Shown: in pieces, positions 54,480 to 62,670 of the stretch
Layout: each line of letters starts with the position of its first letter
How positions within the stretch are numbered: the first letter of the stretch is position 1
Assembly: GCA_023150875.1 (NCBI GenBank)
Contig: JAKLKC010000015.1
Coordinates: 21,953-85,952, forward strand
Source: Myxococcota bacterium
GTDB taxonomy: Bacteria; Myxococcota_A; UBA796; UBA9615; JAKLKC01
DNA: 64,000 nt
Reading direction: 5' to 3'
The notes under the pieces: generated by a model
Told to the model about the DNA's origin: nothing
Databases searched by the model: none
The model's input: only the letters and a program-made list of their open reading frames with translations
Translations under genes and position numbers: made by a program

Positions 54480-54732
54480 AGATTGCAATCTCCCGGTCGT
54501 GCGAGCGGCGCACGGAGATCAGCCGGACGCGGTGGGCCCGGTAGGTGATGACCGCGGACCAGTGCTTGCCGGCTATCGACCCGATGACCACGAAGCGAGG
54601 TTCATCCTCCGTTCTGGCAGGGATCTCGACTCGCCGGGAGTCCGCCCACAGGTACTGAGCCTCCATGAAGTCGATTCCGTGCTTGGCTTTGTTTGCGGCG
54701 CTCTTGCGAGGATCGAACTCGAACTCCTGCAC
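54469..54732 (-). CDS. brnT: BrnT-family toxin
   Basis: FEFDPRKSAANKAKHGIDF, EPRFVVIG, RLISVRRS; start re-called at GTG 54732. Confidence 0.92.
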   Translation of the reverse strand: MQEFEFDPRKSAANKAKHGIDFMEAQYLWADSRRVEIPARTEDEPRFVVIGSIAGKHWSAVITYRAHRVRLISVRRSHDREIAIYEG

Positions 54733-54762
54733 GGGCGAGCATCCTCGGCGCGGAATGGATGA

Positions 54763-54792
54763 AGAGTATTCACTCTCCGGCTGGCCCCGCAA
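54763..54792 (-). promoter_or_regulatory. Putative BrnTA promoter with overlapping palindrome
   Basis: Minus strand TTGCGG...AATACT; AGAGT-N4-ACTCT palindrome (54763-54776) over the -10 region. Confidence 0.45.
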
Positions 54793-54944
54793 GCAGGACG
54801 AGGGCGAAGGCCGGGGGTCACGGACCAACACGTTCGCTTCTCCCAGCCGCCGCGGCGAGCGGGATCCCGAGGCTCGGGGCGCCTGGGACGGGTCCTCCCC
54901 GATCGTTCGCCCTCCACCGCCCGCCGGAGTAGACTCTCCCGCGC

Positions 54945-57596
54945 ATGAGCGGCCGGTCCAACTCGCCTCCGTCGGACGCCCGGGCCCTCGCCGCCCTGGA
55001 GGTGCTGCTCCACGAGCTGCTCCCGGACGGCGGCGCGGTCAGCGTCGGCCGCCTCGCCCAGGCCATCGGGCCCCTCCTGGACCGCCTCGCCGATCCCCAG
55101 GCCGGCCCCGACTCCACCCTCGACGGGCCCGATCCCCACGCCACGGTCCTGGAACGCCTCGGCTCCCGCGCCGGCCGGCCCGCGGGGGTGATCACGCCTC
55201 CGCCGCTGCTGGACGCGGACGACGTCCCCCCGGTGCAGGCGGACGCCGACGGCGACGAGGTCCCCGACCTCGGCGGGCGCTACCGCTACCGCCGGGAGAT
55301 CGGCCGGGGGGGCCAGGGGAGGATCCTGGAGGCCCTCGACCGGGACATCGGGCGGGTCGTGGCCCTGAAGGTGGTCCGGGACGCCGCCGAGGCGCCTCCC
55401 GGCCTCCGGCGCTTCGTGGCCGAGGCCCAGGTCACCGGGCAGCTCGAGCACCCGAACATCGTCCCCGTCCACGACCTGGGGCGCCTGCCCTCCGGCACCC
55501 TCTACTACACGATGAAGCGGGTGGAGGGGCGCTCCTTGGAGCAGGTGATCCGTGCCCTCCGCCGCGAGGACCCCGACACCGTCCAGCGCTTCACCCTGAT
55601 CCGCCTCCTCACCACCCTCCAGCAGGTCTGTCAGGGCGTGCACTTCGCCCACACCCGGGGCGTGATCCACCGGGACCTCAAGCCCGCGAACGTCATGCTG
55701 GGGGACTACGGCGAGGTGCTGATCCTGGACTGGGGCCTCGCCCGGATCCTCTCCCCGACCGAGCCCTTCGGCCTCGCCTCTCCCTACGGAGGTCCTTCCG
55801 TTCCCCCCACTCCCGGCGGCACCCCCGCCATCTCGCCGGGGAGCTCCGGCGACACCCGCGACGGCTTCGTCCAGGGGACGCCGCCGTTCATGGCTCCGGA
55901 GCAGGCGCGCAACGACCGCTCCCGGATCGGCCCCTGGTCCGACGTGTACGCCCTGGGCGCGATCCTGTACCAGGTGCTCACCCACGAGCTCACCTTCCAG
56001 GCGCCGGACCCCCGGGAGGTGATGCTCCGCACCGTGGACTCCGATCCGCCCCCTCCCCACGTCCGCGCCCCCCACCTCCAGGTCCCGCGGGAGCTCTCGG
56101 ACCTGGCCATGCGCTGCCTGGAGAGGGACCCCGACCGGAGGCTCCGCTCCGCCTGGGAGGTGGAGCAGGCCATCGAGGACTTCCTGGAGGGTCGGCGGCG
56201 CAAGGCCGCCGCGGCCGACCGGACCGCGGTCGGGCGGGTTGCCGCGGAGCGCTACCACGCCATCCGCCACGAGGTCGACCGCCTGGTGGACGCCCACCGG
56301 GAGGGGGCCCGGAGCCTCGTGGGCCACGAGCCCGAGGCGCTCAAGGCGCCCGTCTGGGAGATCGAGGACCGCATCGAGGACGCCAGGCGGAGGGGGGCGG
56401 TCGCCTTCCTGGACGCCGAGGGGGCCTTCGAGCAGGCCCTGGCGTGGGACGACGGGAACCGGGAGGCCCGCGCCGGCCTCGCCTCCCTCTACTGGACCCG
56501 CTTCCGCGATGCCGAGGCCGACCGCTCCCGGGAGGACCAGCTCCGTTTCGAGGCCCTCGTGCGCCGCTACGACGACGGCACCTGGGCGCAGCGCCTCCGG
56601 GGGGACGGCGAGGTCTCGGTGGAGAGCGATCCCCCGGGCGCCCAGGTCTGGATCTATGCCTACCGCGAGCAGGGCCGCCGCCTCCGCCCCGCGGAGGCGC
56701 GCCTGCTGGGCCGGACGCCCCTGGGCCCGGTGCCCCTGGCGATGGGGGCGTGGCTGATGGTGCTCCGGCGGGAGGGCGCCCTGGACACCCGCTACCCCCT
56801 GCGGCTCGGTCGGGGCGAGTCCCACCGGGCGCGCATCCGGCTGGTCCCCACCGGCCACCTCCCCGACTCCCTCCACCACGTCCCCGCGGGCCCCTTCGTG
56901 ATGGGGGGCGATCCCCACGCCCCCGGCGCCGCGGGGCGGGAGCTGGTGCGGGTGGGGGACGTGGCCATCGCCCGCTTCCCGGTGACGGTGGGGGAGTACC
57001 TGGAGTTCCTGCGCTCCATCGGCGCCGGGGACCCCGACCGGGCCTACGCCCACGCCCCCCGGCGCTTCGCCGGCTCGGCGCCCGTCTGGCCCCTGGACCG
57101 GGGGGGCCTGTTCACCCTGCCCGAGGGGGAGGGCCCTGGGGGACGCCTGGACCCCATGCGCCCGGCGTCGGGGATCGCCCGGGCCTCGGCGGGCGCCTAC
57201 GTCGAGTGGCTGGCGACGAGGACGGGCCTGCCCCTCCGCCTCCCCACCGAGGGGGAGTGGGAGAAGGCCGCCCGGGGCGCCGACGGCCGCTGGTTCCCCT
57301 GGGGAGACCGCTTCGACCCGACCTTCTGCAAAATGCGTCGCAGCCGTCCCGGCCAGCCCCGCCCCGAGGCCATCGGCGCCTTCCCCGCCGACCGCTCTCC
57401 CTACGGGGTGCGGGACATGGCGGGGGGGGTGAGGGAGTGGTGTTCGGGCTGGCTCGGCGACGGCGAGTCCCTGTGCCCGGTGCGGGGCGGGTCGTGGCAG
57501 GGGGCCGAGGACGAATGCCGCGTCGCCGGGCGCTCCGGCGAGCCCCCGGACGCGGTGTCCCTGGACCTGGGCGTCCGGGTGGCGATGGGACTGTAA
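54945..57596 (+). CDS. Hanks-type Ser/Thr kinase with PEGA-like and C-terminal FGE-sulfatase (SUMF1) domains
   Basis: GRGGQG, VALK, HRDLKPANVM, DWGLA, GTPPFMAPEQA; VESDPPGA; LPTEGEWEKAARG, SPYGVRDMAGGVREW, RGGSW. Confidence 0.93.
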   Translation: MSGRSNSPPSDARALAALEVLLHELLPDGGAVSVGRLAQAIGPLLDRLADPQAGPDSTLDGPDPHATVLERLGSRAGRPAGVITPPPLLDADDVPPVQADADGDEVPDLGGRYRYRREIGRGGQGRILEALDRDIGRVVALKVVRDAAEAPPGLRRFVAEAQVTGQLEHPNIVPVHDLGRLPSGTLYYTMKRVEGRSLEQVIRALRREDPDTVQRFTLIRLLTTLQQVCQGVHFAHTRGVIHRDLKPANVMLGDYGEVLILDWGLARILSPTEPFGLASPYGGPSVPPTPGGTPAISPGSSGDTRDGFVQGTPPFMAPEQARNDRSRIGPWSDVYALGAILYQVLTHELTFQAPDPREVMLRTVDSDPPPPHVRAPHLQVPRELSDLAMRCLERDPDRRLRSAWEVEQAIEDFLEGRRRKAAAADRTAVGRVAAERYHAIRHEVDRLVDAHREGARSLVGHEPEALKAPVWEIEDRIEDARRRGAVAFLDAEGAFEQALAWDDGNREARAGLASLYWTRFRDAEADRSREDQLRFEALVRRYDDGTWAQRLRGDGEVSVESDPPGAQVWIYAYREQGRRLRPAEARLLGRTPLGPVPLAMGAWLMVLRREGALDTRYPLRLGRGESHRARIRLVPTGHLPDSLHHVPAGPFVMGGDPHAPGAAGRELVRVGDVAIARFPVTVGEYLEFLRSIGAGDPDRAYAHAPRRFAGSAPVWPLDRGGLFTLPEGEGPGGRLDPMRPASGIARASAGAYVEWLATRTGLPLRLPTEGEWEKAARGADGRWFPWGDRFDPTFCKMRRSRPGQPRPEAIGAFPADRSPYGVRDMAGGVREWCSGWLGDGESLCPVRGGSWQGAEDECRVAGRSGEPPDAVSLDLGVRVAMGL

Positions 57597-57599
57597 CCA

Positions 57600-58460
57600 C
57601 TACTCCGACGCCGGTTTCTTCACTCTCGCCCTGCGGGCCAGCCTCTCGTTGTGCACCTGGAGGATCTGGGCCGCCGTCTCCTCGACGGCCTTGTGGGTGA
57701 CGTCGATGACTGGCCACGCCGGGTTTCGCCGGAAGAGGTCCCGGGCGTACTCCAGCTCCAGGGCGATGTGCTCCATCTGTCCGTAGGGGCCCCGGGTCGA
57801 CATGCCCAGGTTCCTCAGGCGGGCCATGCGGATCTCGTGGAGGTCGTGGGCCTCGATGGTCAGGGCGTAGACCCGGTCCTGGTCCACCTCGGACAGCTCC
57901 CGGGGCGGCTCGATCCCCAGGACGATGGGCACGTTGGCCACCTTCCAGCCGCGGTGGGCCAGGAAGGTCGACAGGGGGGTCTTGGAGGTGCGGCTGACCC
58001 CCACCAGCACGAGGTCAGCCTTGTGCAGATGGCGGGGCTCGGCGCCGTCGTCGTGCTTGACGGTGAACTCCACCGCCTCGATGCGGCGGAAGTACTCGTC
58101 CCCCAGGACCCCGTGCCCCGGCACCCCCTCGGGGGGAAGGGCGAGGTAGTCCGCGAGTTTGCCGAGCAGGGCGCCGATCAGGTCGACGAGCTGCACCCCG
58201 TGGGTGGTGGCGGCGTCGTAGATAGTCCGCTGGTTCTCGGGCTGGACCAGGGTGAAGACCACCAGGGCCCTCTCCTTGGCGGCCAGGCGGATGATGGCGC
58301 GGAGCTGCTTCTCGTCCCGGACGTTGGGGTAGGTCTGGATGTGGACGAGGTAGTCCCGGAACTGCTGGAGCGCCGCGCGGACGACGTTCTCTGCCGTGTT
58401 GCCGGTGGAGTCCGAGACGATGTAGATGGGGAGGGGGCGGGCGGGGCGGTTGGGTGGCAT
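57600..58460 (-). CDS. ppsR: Pyruvate,phosphate dikinase/PEP synthase regulatory kinase-pyrophosphorylase (DUF299)
   Basis: IVSDSTGNTAE, YFRRIEAVEFTVKHDDG, GVSRTSKTPLS, AVEETA; alternative start at 58517. Confidence 0.93.
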   Translation of the reverse strand: MPPNRPARPLPIYIVSDSTGNTAENVVRAALQQFRDYLVHIQTYPNVRDEKQLRAIIRLAAKERALVVFTLVQPENQRTIYDAATTHGVQLVDLIGALLGKLADYLALPPEGVPGHGVLGDEYFRRIEAVEFTVKHDDGAEPRHLHKADLVLVGVSRTSKTPLSTFLAHRGWKVANVPIVLGIEPPRELSEVDQDRVYALTIEAHDLHEIRMARLRNLGMSTRGPYGQMEHIALELEYARDLFRRNPAWPVIDVTHKAVEETAAQILQVHNERLARRARVKKPASE

Positions 58461-58600
58461 CGGCGTGTCGGGGGAGGGGCGGGTGGCTTGCGGTGGCGGC
58501 GGAGCGTCGGCTAGCATCGCCCCCCAGTGGTCGCGGATCGGGTCCGGTCGGCGGGCTCGCAGGCGGCGGGCGGGGCTCACCGGACAGTATAGAGACCGCG

Positions 58601-60460
58601 GTGCGCCGCGGCAAAGCGCCGCCCCCCGGCCCATCGAGGCACCCCCTGGACGACGTCCGCTCCATTCCCGCGCTGCTGGAGCGCACCGCCCATCTCCACG
58701 GCGCCCGGGTCGCCATGCGCCGGCGGCGCGAGGCCCTCCGGTGGGGGGTGCTCACCTGGTCCGAGGTGCGCCAGCAGGTCCACGAGATGGCCGCGGGGCT
58801 CATGGCCCTCGGGATCCAGAAGGGGGACCGGGTGGGGATCCTCGCCTCCACCCGCGTGGAGTGGACCCTGGCGGACCTGGCCATCCTGGCGGCCGGGGGG
58901 GTCACCGCCGCCGTCTACCACTCCTTCACCCCCACCCAGGTGGCCTACCTGCTCAACAACAGCGGCGCCCGCGCCTGCTTCGTGGACGGGGCCGCGCAGT
59001 TGGAGCGGGTCCGGCGCATCGGAGACCGCCTCCGCACCCTGGAGCGCACCCTGCTCATGGACGTCGCCGACGCCGGCGACGACCCGCGGGTGGTGCTCCG
59101 GGAGTCCCTGATCCGCATGGGCCGCCGCCTGCTCCGGGAGGACCCCGACGCGGTCCTCTCCCGCATCGCGACCCTCTCGCCCCACGATCCCGCCACCTTC
59201 GTGTACACGTCGGGCACGACGGGGCTCCCCAAGGGGGTGGTCCTCACCCACGGGATGCTCCTCTCGACGGTGCACGGGATGCAGAAGGTCCTGGACCTCG
59301 GCCCCGACGACGTCACCGTGCTCTTCCTGCCCCTCAGCCACATCTTCGGGCGGCTGGGATCGCTCATGTCGCTCCGCTGCGGATTCTCGACCGCGTACGC
59401 CCAGCGGATGGACGACCTGGGACACGTCCTGCGGGAGATCCGCCCCACCTTCGTTTTCGCGGTCCCGAGGGTGTACGAGCGGATCTGGTCCCGGGTGCTG
59501 GCGGATCTGCGGGACCTCAGCCCTCTGCGCCGCCGCGCCGTGGCCATGGGCCTCTCCGCCGCCCGCGCCGCCCGCGCCCCCGGAGCCTCCCTCCCCGGAG
59601 GGGCCGCGGGCCTGGGCCTGCGCCTGCGGGCCGGACTCGGCGACCGGATGGTGCTCCAGCCCCTCCGCGAGCAGCTCGGCGGCCGCGTGCGGTACTGTAT
59701 CTCCGGCGGTGCCGCCCTGCCCCAGGAGATCGCCGAGTTCTTCCGGGTGGCGGGGGTCGAGATCCTGGAGGGTTTCGGCCTGTCGGAGACCTCGGGGGGC
59801 GGCACCCTCAACGCCCCGGGGGACAACGTGCTCGGCACGGTGGGGCGGCCCCTCCCGGGATTCGGCGTCCAGGTCGCCGCCGACGGCGAGGTGCTGCTCC
59901 GGGGGCCGGGGGTCTTCCAGGAGTACTGGGGGCTGCCCGCCGACACCCGGGACGCCTTCGACGAGCACGGCTGGTTCCGCACCGGCGACCTGGGCGAGGT
60001 GCTGCCCTCGGGGCACCTGCGGATCACGGGGCGCAAGAAGGACCTGATCGTCACCTCCGGCGGGAAGAACATCGCCCCCCAGCGGGTCGAGAGCGTCCTC
60101 CGTTCCAGCCCCCTGATCGCCGAGGCGGTGGTGTTCGGCGAGGGGCGCCCCCACCTCGTCGCCCTGGTCGTGCCCCACCGGGAGCGCCTGCTGGAGGCGT
60201 GCCGGCGGGTGGCGATCCCGAACTCCGACTGGGCGCGCCTGCTGGGGGACGAAAGGGTCCGCCGCATGCTGGAGGCCGAGGTGGAGCGCGCGAACCAGAA
60301 GCTCGCCCGCTTCGAGTCGGTCCGGCGCTTCGCCGTGCTCCCCGAGGACCTCACCGTCGAGGACGGGGAGGTCACCCCCACCCTCAAGGTCCGCCGCACC
60401 GTGCTGCTGGACCGCTACCGGAAGATCGTGGACGGACTCTACGAGGGCACCACTCCCTGA
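58601..60460 (+). CDS. Long-chain fatty acid-CoA ligase (AMP-dependent synthetase)
   Basis: YTSGTTGLPKGV, LPLSH, AVPRVYE, EGFGLSET, WFRTGDLG, GRKKDLIVTSGGKNIAP; start uncertain. Confidence 0.93.
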   Translation: MRRGKAPPPGPSRHPLDDVRSIPALLERTAHLHGARVAMRRRREALRWGVLTWSEVRQQVHEMAAGLMALGIQKGDRVGILASTRVEWTLADLAILAAGGVTAAVYHSFTPTQVAYLLNNSGARACFVDGAAQLERVRRIGDRLRTLERTLLMDVADAGDDPRVVLRESLIRMGRRLLREDPDAVLSRIATLSPHDPATFVYTSGTTGLPKGVVLTHGMLLSTVHGMQKVLDLGPDDVTVLFLPLSHIFGRLGSLMSLRCGFSTAYAQRMDDLGHVLREIRPTFVFAVPRVYERIWSRVLADLRDLSPLRRRAVAMGLSAARAARAPGASLPGGAAGLGLRLRAGLGDRMVLQPLREQLGGRVRYCISGGAALPQEIAEFFRVAGVEILEGFGLSETSGGGTLNAPGDNVLGTVGRPLPGFGVQVAADGEVLLRGPGVFQEYWGLPADTRDAFDEHGWFRTGDLGEVLPSGHLRITGRKKDLIVTSGGKNIAPQRVESVLRSSPLIAEAVVFGEGRPHLVALVVPHRERLLEACRRVAIPNSDWARLLGDERVRRMLEAEVERANQKLARFESVRRFAVLPEDLTVEDGEVTPTLKVRRTVLLDRYRKIVDGLYEGTTP

Positions 60461-60491
60461 GGCCCGGCCCGGTCCATCCGCTCGCCCGCTC

Positions 60492-60521
60492 TTGACGCTT
60501 CCTCGGATCTCCTTGCATCAT
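60492..60521 (+). promoter_or_regulatory. Putative sigma70 promoter of the SCP2/CoA-transferase genes
   Basis: TTGACG-18 bp-CATCAT. Confidence 0.5.
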
Positions 60522-60536
60522 CCTGCGTGTTCAGGG

Positions 60537-60558
60537 GCTGACTGAAGCGTCATTCAGC
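60537..60558. promoter_or_regulatory. Palindromic operator resembling the TetR-family FadR (YsiA) box
   Basis: GC-TGACTGA-AGCG-TCATTCA-GC versus the Bacillus FadR consensus TGAATGA-N4-TCATTCA. Confidence 0.6.
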
Positions 60559-60613
60559 GTCGCCGGCCCGATCCCCGCGGCTGCCCCCGGCCGCCCGACA
60601 GGAGACCCACGAG

Positions 60614-60946
60614 ATGTCCGACCTCACCCCGAAGAGCATCTTCGAGGAGCGCATCGCCCTGCGCCTCAAGACCAGCCCCGAGCGGGTCAAGGGGATCAAC
60701 GCCAGCTTCCAGTTCAACATCACCGGCGACGGGGGCGGCCAGTGGGCGATCCTCCTGGACGGGAACGGCGGCGAGGTCCACACCGGCGCCGTCGAGTCGC
60801 CCGGGTGCACGATCACCATGAAGGACGAGGACTTCGTCAACATGATCAAGGGCGGACTGAACGCGCAGATGGCGTTCATGACCGGTCGCCTGAAGGTCGT
60901 CGGCGACATGGCCCTCGCCCTGCGCCTCCAGCAGGTCATCGGCTGA
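60614..60946 (+). CDS. SCP2 sterol/lipid-binding domain protein
   Basis: FQFNITGDGGGQW, LNAQMAFMTGRLKVVGDMALALRL. Confidence 0.93.
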   Translation: MSDLTPKSIFEERIALRLKTSPERVKGINASFQFNITGDGGGQWAILLDGNGGEVHTGAVESPGCTITMKDEDFVNMIKGGLNAQMAFMTGRLKVVGDMALALRLQQVIG

Positions 60947-61061
60947 CGGGGTTGGTCGGGCCGACCCCGCCGGGGGCCGGCGCCGCTCCGGAGCCCGGCC
61001 GTTCTGTTACAGTGCCGCCGCGGGCGGCGCCATCCACAACGGGCCGCGCCGCGGGAGCCCC

Positions 61062-62204
61062 ATGGCCCGCCCCCTCGACGGCCTGCGCGTCCTCGACCTG
61101 ACCCGACTCCTCCCCGGCCCGTACTGCGCCTGGATCCTGGCCTCCATGGGCGCCGACGTGGTGAAGGTGGAGGACACCGGCGCCGGGGACTACGCCCGCC
61201 TGCTCCCCCCCATGGTGGGCCGCCACGGCGGCCTCTTCCACGTCGTCAACCGGGGCGCCCGCTCCATCGCGGTGGACCTGAAGACCGAGGAGGGCCGCGA
61301 GGTGCTGCTCCGCCTGGTGGACGGCGCCGACGTGCTCCTGGACGGCTTCCGCCCCGGGGTGCTGGCCGCGCTGGGGCTCGGCCCGGACGTCCTGCGGGCC
61401 CGCAACCCGCGCCTGGTGGGCTGCTCCATCACCGGCTACGGACAGGACGGTCCCCTCCGGCGCCGCGCCGGCCACGACCTCGGGTACCTCGCCCAGGCGG
61501 GCGTGCTGGGGATGTCGGGCCCGGGCGACCGCCCGCCTCCTCCGCCACCCCTCCCCGTCGCCGACCTCGCCGGTGGGGCGCTGCCCGCCGCCTTGGGGGT
61601 GCTGGGCGCCCTCCTGGGCCGGGAGCGCACCGGCCGCGGGGACTGGATCGACGTCTCGATGATGGAGTGCGCCGCCGCCCTCTCCGCCCCCATCGTCGCC
61701 ATGGGAGGAGGCGGGGCCCGGGGGGAGGGACCCCTGACCGGCGGGCTGGCGTTTTATCGCTGCTACGCCTGCGCCGACGGGCGGCACGTCGCCGTCGGCG
61801 CGCTGGAGCCTCGCTTCCACACCCGCCTGTCCGCCGCCCTGGGCCACCCGGAGTGGTCCGATGCCCCCCTCGTCCCTGGACCCGAGCAGGAGAGGGTGGC
61901 GGCCGAGATGGCCGCGGTCTTCCTCACCCAGGGCCGGGACCACTGGATCGGGCTCCTGGGCCCGCTGGACGTGTGCGTGGAGCCGGTCCTGGACCCCGCC
62001 GAGGCGTGCGCGCCGGGGGGTGCCCTCCACGCGCGGGGCCGGGTGGAGGCGGGGCACGGCGTCACCTGGGCCCGCTGGCCCCTGGGCGAGGCCGTGGAGG
62101 GGGACGCCCCCGACCACGGCCAGCACACCGACGAGCTGCTCCGCGCCCTGGGCTTCTCCCCGGGCGGGATCGCGGAGCTCCGGGCTCGAGGAGTCGTGTC
62201 GTGA
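61062..62204 (+). CDS. CaiB/BaiF family III CoA-transferase (AMACR-like)
   Basis: PLDGLRVLDLTRLLPGP, GADVVKVE, FRPGV, SITGYGQDGP, AGHD, VADLAGG. Confidence 0.93.
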   Translation: MARPLDGLRVLDLTRLLPGPYCAWILASMGADVVKVEDTGAGDYARLLPPMVGRHGGLFHVVNRGARSIAVDLKTEEGREVLLRLVDGADVLLDGFRPGVLAALGLGPDVLRARNPRLVGCSITGYGQDGPLRRRAGHDLGYLAQAGVLGMSGPGDRPPPPPPLPVADLAGGALPAALGVLGALLGRERTGRGDWIDVSMMECAAALSAPIVAMGGGGARGEGPLTGGLAFYRCYACADGRHVAVGALEPRFHTRLSAALGHPEWSDAPLVPGPEQERVAAEMAAVFLTQGRDHWIGLLGPLDVCVEPVLDPAEACAPGGALHARGRVEAGHGVTWARWPLGEAVEGDAPDHGQHTDELLRALGFSPGGIAELRARGVVS

Positions 62205-62452
62205 GCTTCCCGGCGATCCTGGCCCTCCCCTTCGGCCGCTTCCTTGACCCGCCCCTCCCCGACGCCGAGATGTGGATCGTGGTCGGGGACTTCCGCTTCG
62301 GCCCCCGGGAGGCGTTCTGGCTCTCCCTGGCCCTGTTCATCATCTGGCTCAGCACCCGGGGGCGCCGCCGCGGCCACCTTTCCCGCCGGGGAGCGGGCGG
62401 CCCCGGGGGGCCCGACGGCCAGGAGAAGCCGCCCGGGACGGCGCCCGCTTGA
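62201..62452 (+). CDS. Small single-TM membrane protein (hypothetical)
   Basis: GTGA overlap with the CoA-transferase; one TM (FWLSLALFIIWLS) followed by a basic tail. Confidence 0.5.
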   Translation: MSFPAILALPFGRFLDPPLPDAEMWIVVGDFRFGPREAFWLSLALFIIWLSTRGRRRGHLSRRGAGGPGGPDGQEKPPGTAPA

Positions 62453-62474
62453 GTCCCTCCGCGCCGTGGTCGCG

Positions 62475-62502
62475 TTGACCTGCTTCCCCCCGTGTTTATC
62501 AT
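62475..62502 (+). promoter_or_regulatory. Putative sigma70 promoter of lon
   Basis: TTGACC-16 bp-TATCAT. Confidence 0.6.
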
Positions 62503-62670
62503 GGTGGCGGAGCGACATTCGGGAGGGCGTCCCACGCCCGTGGGCGTGAGTCCCCGGGAACCTGCCCCCCAACCCGCGCGACCCGGTGCACGAGGCGCCG
62601 GACCGCGGCCCGGCCGTCCGGGCGAGCGTCGACACCCCTCGCACGACAAGTGAGCCCCGAGGAGACCTGC

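Noticed and set aside
54237-54896. 8-bp direct repeat CGGGTCCT flanking BrnTA as a target-site duplication
   Set aside because: Too short and GC-rich to distinguish from chance
57400-57596. FGE domain as a diversity-generating retroelement target
   Set aside because: No second copy (template repeat) of the 3' region and no reverse transcriptase in the window; a remote TR cannot be excluded
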